The notes below the pieces were generated by a model. The model had not been told where the DNA came from. It made no database searches and saw only the letters and a list, made by a program, of their open reading frames with translations. The position numbers were made by a program, and so were the translations under genes. Shown piece by piece: positions 1-9,263 of a DNA stretch of 64,000 nt (the first letter of the stretch is position 1; every line of letters starts with the position of its first letter). Location: the IMG/VR virus record IMGVR_UViG_2563367162_000001, positions 23,569-87,568 of that record; one strand, written 5' to 3'. This DNA is from a virus (taxonomy: Duplodnaviria; Caudoviricetes).

Positions 1-1
1 G

Positions 2-1255
2 GCAAAGTCCACACATCTGGATATTTTCATACCCATGTGGCTGAAATGTCAGGAAACGCGCCAGATTAACGTCATGGTGCTGGTGGGCAAAAGCGAGGAC
101 AACGCGAACACGCTGCTGGCCGACATACAGGCGGAATTACAGTTCAACCAGCGGTATATCCACGATTTCGGGCAGCAGTACAATAACGGTTCATGGGAGG
201 AGGGCGAGTTCGTGACAAAGGACGGCACGGCATTCTTCGCACGCGGACGCGGACAGTCACCGCGCGGTCTGCGTTACCGTAGCCACCGACCCGACTACAT
301 CGTCATAGACGACCTCGACGACGACGAACTGTGCGAAAGCCCCGCACGCGTCACCCGTCTTACAAATTGGGTGAAAGAGGCTCTGTTCGGCGCGCTGGAC
401 GGCGGACGCGGACGCTTTATCATGGTGGGCAACCTCATTTCAAAGAACAGCGTGCTGGCCAACTTCTGCGCCATCGACGGGGTGCATGTGTCACAGGTGA
501 ACATCTGGGACAAGGACGGGGGCGTGTCATGGGCGGCCAAATGGACGCCCGAAGAAGTGAAAGCCATCGAGAGGTTTCAGGGGTATCGCTCGTTTCAAAA
601 AGAGTACATGAACAACCCCATCACCGAGGGCGCGGTGTTCCGTCAGGACTGGATTAAATGGGCGACACGTCCCAAATGGAAAGAATTTGAAGAACTTATC
701 CTGTACATCGACCCAGCGTGGAAAAGCAGCGTAAAGAACGACTACAAGGCGGCAAAACTGTGGGGAAAACGCAAAACGCAGCTGTGGCAGCTGCGCGCGT
801 TCGTCAGACAGGCGACCATTCCCGAAATGGTGAGGTGGTGTTATGACCTGTTCGAGTGGGCGCAGGAAACGGGTATCGCGATAAAATTCTACATGGAGGC
901 CAATTTCATGCAGGAGGAAATTCTAAAAGATTTCAAGACGGAGGGCGATTTGCGTGGCTACCAGCTGCCCATTCTGGGAGACAAGCGCAAGAAGCCCGAC
1001 AAGTTCCTGCGTATCGAAAGCAGCGCGGCAAATTGGGAACGAGGTTTTGTCTATTATGACGATAGCCAGAAGCAAGACCCCGACATGCTCGCAGGTCTGG
1101 AACAGACCCTCGCGTTCCAGAAAGGAATGCGGGGACACGACGACGCGCCCGACGCCGACGAGGGCGCAATATCACTGCTTCAAAAGCATTCACGGATTAG
1201 TAGTTTCACTCCGTCGTTCGGCAGGCGGAACAATGCAAAAAATGTATCATGGTAA
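2..1255 (+). CDS. Phage terminase large subunit (5'-partial)
   Basis: Frame is open from the window start. Walker B-like IVIDDLDD, RNase H-like YIDPA and HDDAPDA motifs. Confidence 0.9.
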   Translation, partial: AKSTHLDIFIPMWLKCQETRQINVMVLVGKSEDNANTLLADIQAELQFNQRYIHDFGQQYNNGSWEEGEFVTKDGTAFFARGRGQSPRGLRYRSHRPDYIVIDDLDDDELCESPARVTRLTNWVKEALFGALDGGRGRFIMVGNLISKNSVLANFCAIDGVHVSQVNIWDKDGGVSWAAKWTPEEVKAIERFQGYRSFQKEYMNNPITEGAVFRQDWIKWATRPKWKEFEELILYIDPAWKSSVKNDYKAAKLWGKRKTQLWQLRAFVRQATIPEMVRWCYDLFEWAQETGIAIKFYMEANFMQEEILKDFKTEGDLRGYQLPILGDKRKKPDKFLRIESSAANWERGFVYYDDSQKQDPDMLAGLEQTLAFQKGMRGHDDAPDADEGAISLLQKHSRISSFTPSFGRRNNAKNVSW

Positions 1256-1515
1256 GAAAGTATTTCAAAGCACTTGTGTTTGAATGGCGGCTGAAACGCG
1301 CCAAGAAAAAAGCGGCCAGCGACGCCGCACTGTACGGGAAAAAGTTTCTGGTGGTCGTGTTCGGCGAAAAGCCTGTCGTGGTTTCCATGCAGGGCATTAA
1401 AAAGCTGATACGGCAGCACCGTTTCGCAAAGGGGTTCACGGCCGAGAAAGCCGAAAAATGCGCGCTTTACGTCGCCATCCCTGACAACTCAAAAAAGCAG
1501 ACGCCATGTTCCTGA
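1249..1515 (+). CDS. Hypothetical phage protein (basic)
   Basis: ORF overlaps both neighbours in the head operon. Confidence 0.65.
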   Translation: MVRKYFKALVFEWRLKRAKKKAASDAALYGKKFLVVVFGEKPVVVSMQGIKKLIRQHRFAKGFTAEKAEKCALYVAIPDNSKKQTPCS

Positions 1516-1925
1516 CGATTGAAGACTACAAAAGCGTGTGCGACAGTTTCGAGTTCGAGCAGGTGACAGCCTGCGAAGCGGAACGCCTCACGGCGGAACG
1601 GGCGGCAATGGAGCAGATTTGCAGCTACACCAGACACCGATACGACATGCGGCAGGCATTTGCCGCCGAGGGTGAGCAGCGCAACGCCATGCTGGTGCAG
1701 TGCATGGTGAACATCACCCTTTGGCTGATGATTCACCGACTGCCGCAGAACATGGGACACGAAAGGCGCGAATGCCTGTACAATGATTCGGTGAAATGGC
1801 TGCGCGACGTCCAGAACTCCAAAGCGTCGCCAGACCTGCCGACATATACAGGCACGGACGGGGAAACGGATGCACACAACCCCGTCCGTTACGGCTCTAT
1901 GCCCCCGAACAGATACGATTATTAA
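1506..1925 (+). CDS. Mu gp36-like (DUF1320) head-tail adaptor protein
   Basis: MFLTIEDY start, RYD and YNDSVKWLRDV motifs, size and position. Confidence 0.75.
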   Translation: MFLTIEDYKSVCDSFEFEQVTACEAERLTAERAAMEQICSYTRHRYDMRQAFAAEGEQRNAMLVQCMVNITLWLMIHRLPQNMGHERRECLYNDSVKWLRDVQNSKASPDLPTYTGTDGETDAHNPVRYGSMPPNRYDY

Positions 1926-1947
1926 ACGGTATTTAATCACTAATTAA

Positions 1948-3195
1948 ATGGACTTAATCAGTAGCATTAAACAGGCTTTCACGCGGCGCACATACACCGA
2001 GGCGGACATGGACAGGCTGATACGGTTTGCCAAAAGCAAACAGGGGCTTAAACTGACCGCGCAGCTGATGCAGCAGACCGACAGCCTGACAAAGAAAGAC
2101 ATTGCGACATGGCGGCAGGCATGGCAGGCCGCCATAAGCATAGACACGCCGAACCGCGCGCGGCTGTACGACATCTATACCGACTGCCTCGTGGATCTTC
2201 ACCTGACGGGATGTATCGGACAGCGGAAAGGAAAGACGCTGCAAAAGGATTTCCGACTGGTGGGAAAGGACGGAAAGGAAAAGGCGGACGCCACCAAACT
2301 GCTGCAAAGGGAATGGTTCAACGATTTCTGCGACCTCGCGCTGGACAGCCGTTTCTGGGGGCACAGCCTCATACAGCTGGGCGACATCGTGTCGGACGAG
2401 AACGGGATGCGCTTCGAGGGCGTGGAAATTGTGCCGCGCAAGCACGTGTGTCCTGAATACGGGGTAATTACACCAGAACCCGCCGCCGACTGGCGCACGG
2501 GCATACCGTACCGCAACGGGGATTTGTCCCTGTGGTGCGTGGAGGTGGGAAAGCCCAAAGATTTGGGGCTGCTCCTCAAATGCGCACCCTCCTGCATAAG
2601 CAAGAAAAACATGCTGGCGTTCTGGGACATGTTCGGCGAGATATTCGGCGCGCCCATGCGCGTGGCACGTACCAACACCACCGACGAGGCCGAACGCCGA
2701 CGCATTGAGGGGTCGCTGGACAGAATGGGTGCGGCGTTCTGGGCGTTGTTCCCCGAGGGCACGGACATCGAAATTAAGGAAAGCAGCCGCGGGGATGCTT
2801 ACAACGTCTATGACAAGCGCGTGGACAGGTGCAACAGCGAACTGTCCAAAGGCACGCTGATGCAGACAATGACCATCGACAGCGGTTCGTCCCTGTCACA
2901 GTCGGAAACGCACCTCGAAATTTTCGAGGACGTGGTAAAGGCCGATGCAAAGATGGTGGCGAACGTCGTAAACGACAAGCTGCTGCCACTTATGGCGCGG
3001 CACGGTTTCCCCGTGCAGGGGCTGACGTTCCAATGGGACGACGCGGCATCGTTCAGCCCCGCCGAAAGGCGCGAGGAGGAACGCCTGCTGCTGGAATATT
3101 ACGAGATTGACCCGCAGTATTTCGTCGATAACTACAACATACCCATCACGGGCGTGCGGCAAGCAAAAACACAGCCTGACGCTTTTTTCGGGTAA
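1948..3195 (+). CDS. Portal protein, Mu gp29-like (DUF935)
   Basis: 415 aa with EIFGAP and CNSELSK..L.QT motifs. Follows terminase and precedes MuF. Confidence 0.85.
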   Translation: MDLISSIKQAFTRRTYTEADMDRLIRFAKSKQGLKLTAQLMQQTDSLTKKDIATWRQAWQAAISIDTPNRARLYDIYTDCLVDLHLTGCIGQRKGKTLQKDFRLVGKDGKEKADATKLLQREWFNDFCDLALDSRFWGHSLIQLGDIVSDENGMRFEGVEIVPRKHVCPEYGVITPEPAADWRTGIPYRNGDLSLWCVEVGKPKDLGLLLKCAPSCISKKNMLAFWDMFGEIFGAPMRVARTNTTDEAERRRIEGSLDRMGAAFWALFPEGTDIEIKESSRGDAYNVYDKRVDRCNSELSKGTLMQTMTIDSGSSLSQSETHLEIFEDVVKADAKMVANVVNDKLLPLMARHGFPVQGLTFQWDDAASFSPAERREEERLLLEYYEIDPQYFVDNYNIPITGVRQAKTQPDAFFG

Positions 3196-3206
3196 GCCCC
3201 ACGGGT

Positions 3207-4748
3207 GTGGGGCTGCGCAGGGGGTACAAGGCTTTCAACGCAGCGTTGCGTTCGCTTTACGGGCGTGAACTGCTGACACTGGCCGAGGGCGGACGGCCAT
3301 TTGACTTCGACGACGCGCTGTTTGACGAGGCGGCAAAAACGGTGTACCAGAACGGGGGATTTGATGTTTCATGCCTGACAGAACCGCAGGCGCAGGCTCT
3401 CATTAACGAGACGCTGCGCGTGATTGACATGGCCGTCGGCAACGCGCTGCCCCATGAAGTGCCCGACACCATACGTTACGCCCTCGAAAACAACGCTTTT
3501 GTGTTTTCGGGATTTAAGACATTCCACGCGCTGCGTGAAGTGGGGCTGTCCATGCTCACGGAAAAGGGCGACATCAAACCGTTCGGGGAGTTCCTGACGG
3601 ACGTAAAGCGGATAAACGCGCAGTACAACCACAATTACCTGTACGCGGAATACAACCACGCGCTCGGGGCGGCGCAGATGGCGGCCAAATGGCACGACTT
3701 CGAGCAGGACGGCGACCGTTACAACTTGCAGTACCGCACGGCGGGCGACGACAAGGTGCGCGAGGAACACGCCATACTCAACGGCACGACACTGCCGCCG
3801 TCCGACCCGTTCTGGGACATGTTTCTGCCGCCAAACGGCTGGAACTGCCGATGCACGGCCGTACAGGTGCGAAAGAACAAATATCCCGCATCCGACCCAG
3901 AACTGGCCATGAAGCGCGGGCAGAACTGCACGGAGGGGGCGAAAAAGGCCATTTTCAGGTATAACGCTGGAAAGTCGCTGAAACTGTTCCCGCCAAAGCA
4001 CCCGTATTTCAAGGCACCCGCAGAGGCAAAGCAGGTCATCGAACAGGTGACGCAGGAAGCCATCAGGGAGAAACGCATCCGCGACATGGTCGAGGAACTG
4101 CCCGACAACCTGACGCCTGAAGAAAAGCAGGCCATTGCCGCGCACAACCTTGAAATAGAAGAAGCCCTGAAAATAACAAAGGGAAAACCTATGACCGTCG
4201 AGCAGGCAGACCAGCAGCACGCCAATCCGAACTATGGCAAAAAATACGAATACAGCATCAACTGCCAGACCTGCGCCCCCGCTTATGTATTGCGGCTGAT
4301 GGGCTTTAACGTGACCGCAAAGGCAAACACCAAAAACTCGTTGTCGGAATACCTGTCACGCCAGCGTTCGTTCGAGGCATGGAAGAACACGGACGGGTCG
4401 CCAGCCGTGCCGACGCTGACATACGACTGGATGATAGCAAAGGGATATAAACAGATGTCGAAAAAAAGATATGCTGAATATTTCGAGGAATGCTGCAAGG
4501 AGACGGGCGTATATATACTGACTATCGGCTGGAAAGGCGGAGGGGGACACGCAACTGTCCTGCAACGTTTTGAAGACGGTACATTGAAGTATATAGAACC
4601 GCAGGTTTACAGTGAGAGAAGTGGGGCGAAAAGGAGCATTGACGAACTGTGCGAAAGCGGGGCGACAAAACCCTACCCCAAAAGAGGCGTGCTGCGTGTT
4701 GATAACAAACTGTTCGACACTAAATTTGCATCAATCTTTGACAAGTAA
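3207..4748 (+). CDS. MuF (Mu gpF/SPP1 gp7-like) minor head protein with C-terminal papain-fold toxin domain
   Basis: MuF motifs YRTAGDDKVREEH and PPNGWNCRC. C-terminal extension contains NCQTC, GGGHA and YIEPQ. Confidence 0.85.
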   Translation: MGLRRGYKAFNAALRSLYGRELLTLAEGGRPFDFDDALFDEAAKTVYQNGGFDVSCLTEPQAQALINETLRVIDMAVGNALPHEVPDTIRYALENNAFVFSGFKTFHALREVGLSMLTEKGDIKPFGEFLTDVKRINAQYNHNYLYAEYNHALGAAQMAAKWHDFEQDGDRYNLQYRTAGDDKVREEHAILNGTTLPPSDPFWDMFLPPNGWNCRCTAVQVRKNKYPASDPELAMKRGQNCTEGAKKAIFRYNAGKSLKLFPPKHPYFKAPAEAKQVIEQVTQEAIREKRIRDMVEELPDNLTPEEKQAIAAHNLEIEEALKITKGKPMTVEQADQQHANPNYGKKYEYSINCQTCAPAYVLRLMGFNVTAKANTKNSLSEYLSRQRSFEAWKNTDGSPAVPTLTYDWMIAKGYKQMSKKRYAEYFEECCKETGVYILTIGWKGGGGHATVLQRFEDGTLKYIEPQVYSERSGAKRSIDELCESGATKPYPKRGVLRVDNKLFDTKFASIFDK

Positions 4749-4958
4749 ACGGATAATGCCCAATGCTTCAAAGCCCGTTACTTCGGTGGCTTTGCCGTCT
4801 TTGAAAAGGTAGATGTAAGGGAAGCCCGTATCGGTGTCCTCTGGGAAACGGAACAAAAAAGCGTCTTTGCCCTTGTACTTACCGAGGTAGTCAAAGGCAT
4901 CGCCGTAAAGGTCGATAAGACTTTTTGCGGCACTCTTTATTTGTTCGGGCACTTTCAT
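4731..4958 (-). CDS. 75-aa antisense protein, candidate immunity protein for the MuF toxin
   Basis: MKVPEQ... ORF converges on and overlaps the MuF stop. A TATTTTTG (-7 box) lies just upstream of the ATG. Confidence 0.6.
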   Translation of the reverse strand: MKVPEQIKSAAKSLIDLYGDAFDYLGKYKGKDAFLFRFPEDTDTGFPYIYLFKDGKATEVTGFEALGIIRLLVKD

Positions 4959-4963
4959 ATCGG

Positions 4964-4971
4964 CAAAAATA
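4964..4971 (-). promoter_or_regulatory. Bacteroidetes -7 promoter element (TAnnTTTG)
   Basis: CAAAAATA on the + strand, 5 nt from the ATG at 4958. Confidence 0.5.
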
Positions 4972-5010
4972 CGAATTATTTTTTGTTTAATTATAAAAAT
5001 AACACCCAAA

Positions 5011-5469
5011 ATGATAGACGGGGAACAACTTAAAAGAAACATATTGGACGATATGCGCGTGGAACTCTTCGACGAGTTCGACAAGAACTTCGACCGAAAG
5101 GCGTTTTTTACAAAGAAATGGAAACGCCGAGCCAACCCCAACGCGAAAGGATCGCTGCTGATGGTTACGGGAACAATGCGCAGAAGCATCAAGGCGGAAG
5201 TAAGAGGAAACGGTGTGCGGTTCACGTCCGCCGTGCCATACGCAGCCATACACAACGAGGGCGGAACTGGAACAAAGCCTGTGCGGCAGCATACCCGAAC
5301 CAGCAGAAAGGGAAAACAATACACGGTAAAGGCGCACACGCGGAAATTTACCATGCCGAAGCGTCAGTTTGTGGGCGACGGCAAACGGACGCAGGAAATA
5401 ATAAAGGGCGTCATTGCCGATAACGTCGCGGATTTCAACATGCAACTGTCTAAATTCATAAGGAAATGA
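5011..5469 (+). CDS. Phage virion morphogenesis protein (Mu gpG-like)
   Basis: L..TG.MRRSI, YAAIHNEGG and MPKRQFVG motifs. Confidence 0.85.
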   Translation: MIDGEQLKRNILDDMRVELFDEFDKNFDRKAFFTKKWKRRANPNAKGSLLMVTGTMRRSIKAEVRGNGVRFTSAVPYAAIHNEGGTGTKPVRQHTRTSRKGKQYTVKAHTRKFTMPKRQFVGDGKRTQEIIKGVIADNVADFNMQLSKFIRK

Positions 5470-5951
5470 GAAAACAGATTTTTCAGGCAATCTGCACACG
5501 TCTTACCGAGCGCGTGCCAGATATTCAGTTTATAGACCTGTGGAACAACAACGTCCAAACGCTTAGCGGCGGCGCGGTATGGCCTTTGCCTGCCGTGTTC
5601 GTGGAGTTCGAGCCGATAGAGTGGCGGCAGCAGAACAACGGCGCACGGCGCGGCGACGTGGCAGTGCGCCTGCATCTGGTGACGCGAGCCGTCAGCACAC
5701 ACGGGGCGAAAGACCCGAAAATGTCCGACGCGCTGGGGTTTCTTGATTTGATAGACCAGATAAATGCCGCCATGCAGGGATTGCGGGGGGATAACTTTTC
5801 AGGCTTCCAGCTGACTACCTCGGCGACCAACCACGACCACGCGGAACTGATGGAGAGCGTCGAGCGGTACACCACCAGCGCGCAGGACATCACGGCAGTG
5901 CCGAAAGCCGCGAAAGTGACGGGGATTGCCCCGACGCTGCGGAAAGGGTAA
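5466..5951 (+). CDS. Mu gp37-like tail completion/neck protein
   Basis: IDLWNN and PAVFVEF motifs. ATGA overlap with gpG. Confidence 0.6.
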   Translation: MRKQIFQAICTRLTERVPDIQFIDLWNNNVQTLSGGAVWPLPAVFVEFEPIEWRQQNNGARRGDVAVRLHLVTRAVSTHGAKDPKMSDALGFLDLIDQINAAMQGLRGDNFSGFQLTTSATNHDHAELMESVERYTTSAQDITAVPKAAKVTGIAPTLRKG

Positions 5952-5952
5952 G

Positions 5953-5985
5953 AAAAAGCCCCGCGTTCAGGTCGCGGGGCTTTCA
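5953..5985. terminator. Bidirectional intrinsic terminator between late and early operons
   Basis: AAAGCCCCGCG...CGCGGGGCTTT hairpin at the convergence point. Confidence 0.75.
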
Positions 5986-6218
5986 TTGAGTGCATCCCAT
6001 AAAGTGAGTTGCTGCGGCTGCTGCACGGGCGGAGGCGTCGGTATGCCTAAATAATTCAGGTAGGTGCGATAGCAGATTTTGAACTTTGGAAAAATATGCT
6101 GCCGCCATACGGCCTTGTAACACCGCGCCTGATTGCCGCTTTCATAGTGCTGCTCGGTAATGGCGCGAACCATCCTTACACGCTCTATGGTACTTTCGTG
6201 GTGTTTTCGTTTCTCCAT
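5967..6218 (-). CDS. Hypothetical phage protein (possible DNA-binding regulator)
   Basis: 83-aa ORF at the end of the early operon, with an HTH-like ICYRTYLNYL segment. Confidence 0.65.
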   Translation of the reverse strand: MEKRKHHESTIERVRMVRAITEQHYESGNQARCYKAVWRQHIFPKFKICYRTYLNYLGIPTPPPVQQPQQLTLWDALNESPAT

Positions 6219-6315
6219 CTGCTTACTTTTTACTACCTTTGCAAACGTCCTTTTACAAAGGCTTTGCGCTGGCTCGCTGTTGGTTAAGTTTGGCAGATGG
6301 AGCTGGCGCGGCTTT

Positions 6316-6969
6316 TTATTCCACGTCGGTCATGCCGAGCGGAATATTCACCCAAGCACCCTTTTCGTTTTTGTATTCAGCACGAATGTATTTCTTTGTC
6401 GCGGTGGGCTGGTAGCTTTCCTCGATGATTTGCACACCCTCGATAAAACGCTCGTTGCCCGTTTCCTCGGCCATCTTACGAAGCTGGAGCACACGGCTGG
6501 CCTTGATGTTCCCGCTCTGGTCACGGGAAAGCAGACGCAGCACGGCATTCACAAGGGCTTTGCTCGTTTCGTCTTTGGCAAGGCTTTCAATGTATGCCTT
6601 GACCATTGCGATGCCGTCCTCCACCGTGTCACGGTAGCCGTCGATGGTGTTCACGCCGAGGGTAAGACGCAGTTTGCTGTCGCTGGTGGTAAACGTGTGG
6701 CTGCGCTGGTCGTCTTTCGTAAGTCCCAGCACCTCCGACTTCATTTTCAGAATGGCGTCAAAGTTGCCGAAAACGGTATTTTTAACCGTCTTGATTTGTT
6801 CGCTCAACTCTTGGAGGACGGGCAGCGTGGTACGCAGTTCATCGTCCACCATTGAGGCGTAGTTCTCACGCTGCTGCTTGCGCTGTGCCGCAGCTTCTTT
6901 CTTTTGCTTTTCTGCGCGGTACGCCTCGAACTCTTGGCGTTCTTCCGCGGTCATTGTTACATTTTCCAT
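6316..6969 (-). CDS. DUF3164 family protein
   Basis: QRSHTFT motif and C-terminal IPLGMT, typical of Mu-like early regions. Confidence 0.75.
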   Translation of the reverse strand: MENVTMTAEERQEFEAYRAEKQKKEAAAQRKQQRENYASMVDDELRTTLPVLQELSEQIKTVKNTVFGNFDAILKMKSEVLGLTKDDQRSHTFTTSDSKLRLTLGVNTIDGYRDTVEDGIAMVKAYIESLAKDETSKALVNAVLRLLSRDQSGNIKASRVLQLRKMAEETGNERFIEGVQIIEESYQPTATKKYIRAEYKNEKGAWVNIPLGMTDVE

Positions 6970-7012
6970 ATTAAACGGATTTTGAAGTTATTAAAAAGGG
7001 ATTAAATGCTGT

Positions 7013-7183
7013 TTAATCGTTGTCAAAATGCTGGTAAATATCATCGGCGTATTCGGCCATGTCGGCCTGCGTTTGCGCCCATTCGGCAAGTTCCTGCATG
7101 AATGCCGCGTATTCCTCGCTTTCCATTTCGACGGTGCGCTCCCTGATGGCGCGCTGAACGTCTTTCATTACTGTACTGCTCAT
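7013..7183 (-). CDS. Small acidic hypothetical protein (56 aa)
   Basis: Translated by hand as MSSTVMKDVQRAIRERTVEMESEEY...FDND; fits the operon. Not in the supplied ORF track. Confidence 0.5.
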   Translation of the reverse strand: MSSTVMKDVQRAIRERTVEMESEEYAAFMQELAEWAQTQADMAEYADDIYQHFDND

Positions 7184-7316
7184 GTTTAATTTTTATTACT
7201 ATATCATTGAATTGCTTTGCTGTCATGGCAAAAACACGACACGCCTGCGCGAACTCTGAAAGGGACGCCGCACACTCGCGGGCGGCTTTTGCGTCAATTT
7301 CCCATTGCCTCATAAA

Positions 7317-7547
7317 CTACAGCTTTGATGGTTTCCACTCGATTGTTATCACGGCATCGAGTTTACCGCTACCGTTACACACGGGGCAGTCTATTTTCAC
7401 ACGCTCCCGCTGTTGTTCACCCCAAAAGAAGCCGTTACCGTGGCAATACCCGCACGAATGGCCGTTGCTGGTAATGGTTTCTTTCATATTGCCGACCCCG
7501 ACAAATTCAGAGGGCGTTATTTTAATAATATCGCATTTTGCACTCAT
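7317..7547 (-). CDS. DnaJ-type zinc finger small protein
   Basis: CGYCHGNG and CPVCNGSG motifs. Confidence 0.75.
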   Translation of the reverse strand: MSAKCDIIKITPSEFVGVGNMKETITSNGHSCGYCHGNGFFWGEQQRERVKIDCPVCNGSGKLDAVITIEWKPSKL

Positions 7548-7566
7548 GCTTATTTTGATTTGAAGA

Positions 7567-7962
7567 CTAACGATTGACTAAATCGAAACGAGGAAACCTT
7601 TCAACCACTTTAACATACAGTTCCTCGACGGGAATGATTTCACGTCCGCTTCTATCTTGTCTATGGCACGCATCTTTTAATATTTGGTCTGAGATAAAGC
7701 CCAATTGATTAGCCCTAAGAACTGCAATCATTTTAGAAGTATTCCTATCACAGATGTCATTCCATAACACATATATATTTGTCCCATAGATTTCCAGTGT
7801 ATCTAAAGCAAGGATTTTCCCAAGTCCTCCCATAAAGTCATCGGGGTCGACCTGTTTAGCACATTTAAGAATTTCCATAAGTGCTGTTATAGCTCCTGGA
7901 TTACCTTCACACATTTTGATTACTGCTGACTTTGCATTGTCACATAAAGTTATTCTATTCAT
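7567..7962 (-). CDS. Hypothetical phage protein (AT-rich insert)
   Basis: 131-aa ORF with a GNPGA motif; lower GC than its neighbours. Confidence 0.7.
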   Translation of the reverse strand: MNRITLCDNAKSAVIKMCEGNPGAITALMEILKCAKQVDPDDFMGGLGKILALDTLEIYGTNIYVLWNDICDRNTSKMIAVLRANQLGFISDQILKDACHRQDRSGREIIPVEELYVKVVERFPRFDLVNR

Positions 7963-8159
7963 AATTTAGTTGTTTGAAACATATTGTACTGAAAATCATA
8001 TCCCAATGCCCGCAATCGTTTCTCCTGTACCGTACTGCGGTTATTGTCACTCTCTGGAAGCACGGCCACCCGTTGCTCGCGGTTGAACTGATAGCCTTTT
8101 TTCCGCATCTGGTAACGTAGGTTGCGTTCCTTACGCATTTGCTTGTCTTCCGTTCCCAT
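7959..8159 (-). CDS. Hypothetical phage protein
   Basis: 66-aa ORF overlapping both neighbours. Confidence 0.55.
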   Translation of the reverse strand: MGTEDKQMRKERNLRYQMRKKGYQFNREQRVAVLPESDNNRSTVQEKRLRALGYDFQYNMFQTTKL

Positions 8160-8613
8160 GACCTAATAATGTTTGCATAAGCAGGGCGTCGGCTATATCA
8201 TTCACCGCCTGCGCGTCTTTTACTTTGTTGTTGAACGCGGCCACCAGATTGCGCAACCTTTCACGCGGTATCTTGTTAAAATCCGTGTGCCCCGTGGCAC
8301 GGCAGGCAATGCCTTTAATCACCGTGGCGTTGCTTTCTTTGCCCGTGGCTTTGAGGTAGCCACCAATGGCGGCCATTACACGCTTGCGCAGTTTGTCCAT
8401 TTCACCCGCGCCCGTCTTTTCGTTCGCCTGTGCCGAAAGTTTGCCGCACACGTTTATCAAATCGTGGGTGTCCATGTCGCGACTGCTTTCAACCCCGTAA
8501 CTTTCCACGATGGCGCGTTTCTCGGCATCGGTCAGTCCCAACACGCTGCAAAGAGTGTGGAACTTCTTCAAAATATCCCTGTGGATTTTATCCATCGTCT
8601 TGTTTTCTGCCAT
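8131..8613 (-). CDS. GemA-like (DUF1018) regulatory protein
   Basis: HTLCSVLGL and GVESSRDM N-terminal motifs; Mu early region position. Confidence 0.6.
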   Translation of the reverse strand: MAENKTMDKIHRDILKKFHTLCSVLGLTDAEKRAIVESYGVESSRDMDTHDLINVCGKLSAQANEKTGAGEMDKLRKRVMAAIGGYLKATGKESNATVIKGIACRATGHTDFNKIPRERLRNLVAAFNNKVKDAQAVNDIADALLMQTLLGHGNGRQANA

Positions 8614-8619
8614 ATCCTT

Positions 8620-9258
8620 TTACATTTTATCAATCCAATACTCCTGTGCGCCTGCCTCCCATATCACGAAGTCCGCGCCGCCCTCGCCGAGGTCGGCAAC
8701 CTCGTAACGGGTAGTAACAAATGCCTTATAACCCTCCACACGTATTTTTATCTCACTGTCATAGCGGATATTCTGTGCCATCATACCTTTGGGCTGGCCT
8801 GCCTTTTCATGACTGATGAAAATAAACAGCTTATCGGGGAACTCGTCGCGCAAAGTCTGGTACTGATCCATATTAAAACGCCTTAAATAATGCACGCTGT
8901 CAATCACAATCACGTCAGGACTTTGTTTCTTCTTCAAACGGGTACGCAGTTCTTTCAACTGTTCTTTATTCAGCAGGATAATACGGTTGCCGACTTCCGC
9001 CATGCCCACACGTTCCCATGCCTTTTGCAATGACAGACTTAAACCCTGTTCCAGACTGTTGTATGCCACGCGGCGAAAGCGGGTAAGGTACTTGCAGACC
9101 TGCATCACAAAGGTGGTTTTACCGCAACCGCTGCCGCCGTAGATTATCCACGCCCCCCGCAGTTCTGGCCGCCCGAAGCTGGCAAGAAACGCCCCGTCGA
9201 AGTCGGCCACCTCAAATTTTGCCGTCAGCACGTTTTTATTGCTTATCGCCCGTCCCAT
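8620..9258 (-). CDS. P-loop ATPase (RecA/KaiC-like)
   Basis: Walker A GGSGCGKT, Walker B VIVIDS. Confidence 0.8.
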   Translation of the reverse strand: MGRAISNKNVLTAKFEVADFDGAFLASFGRPELRGAWIIYGGSGCGKTTFVMQVCKYLTRFRRVAYNSLEQGLSLSLQKAWERVGMAEVGNRIILLNKEQLKELRTRLKKKQSPDVIVIDSVHYLRRFNMDQYQTLRDEFPDKLFIFISHEKAGQPKGMMAQNIRYDSEIKIRVEGYKAFVTTRYEVADLGEGGADFVIWEAGAQEYWIDKM

Positions 9259-9263
9259 AGCTA

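Noticed and set aside
4731-5354. 207-aa minus-strand ORF
   Set aside because: The upstream part is the antisense shadow of gpG; only 4731-4958 looks like a gene.
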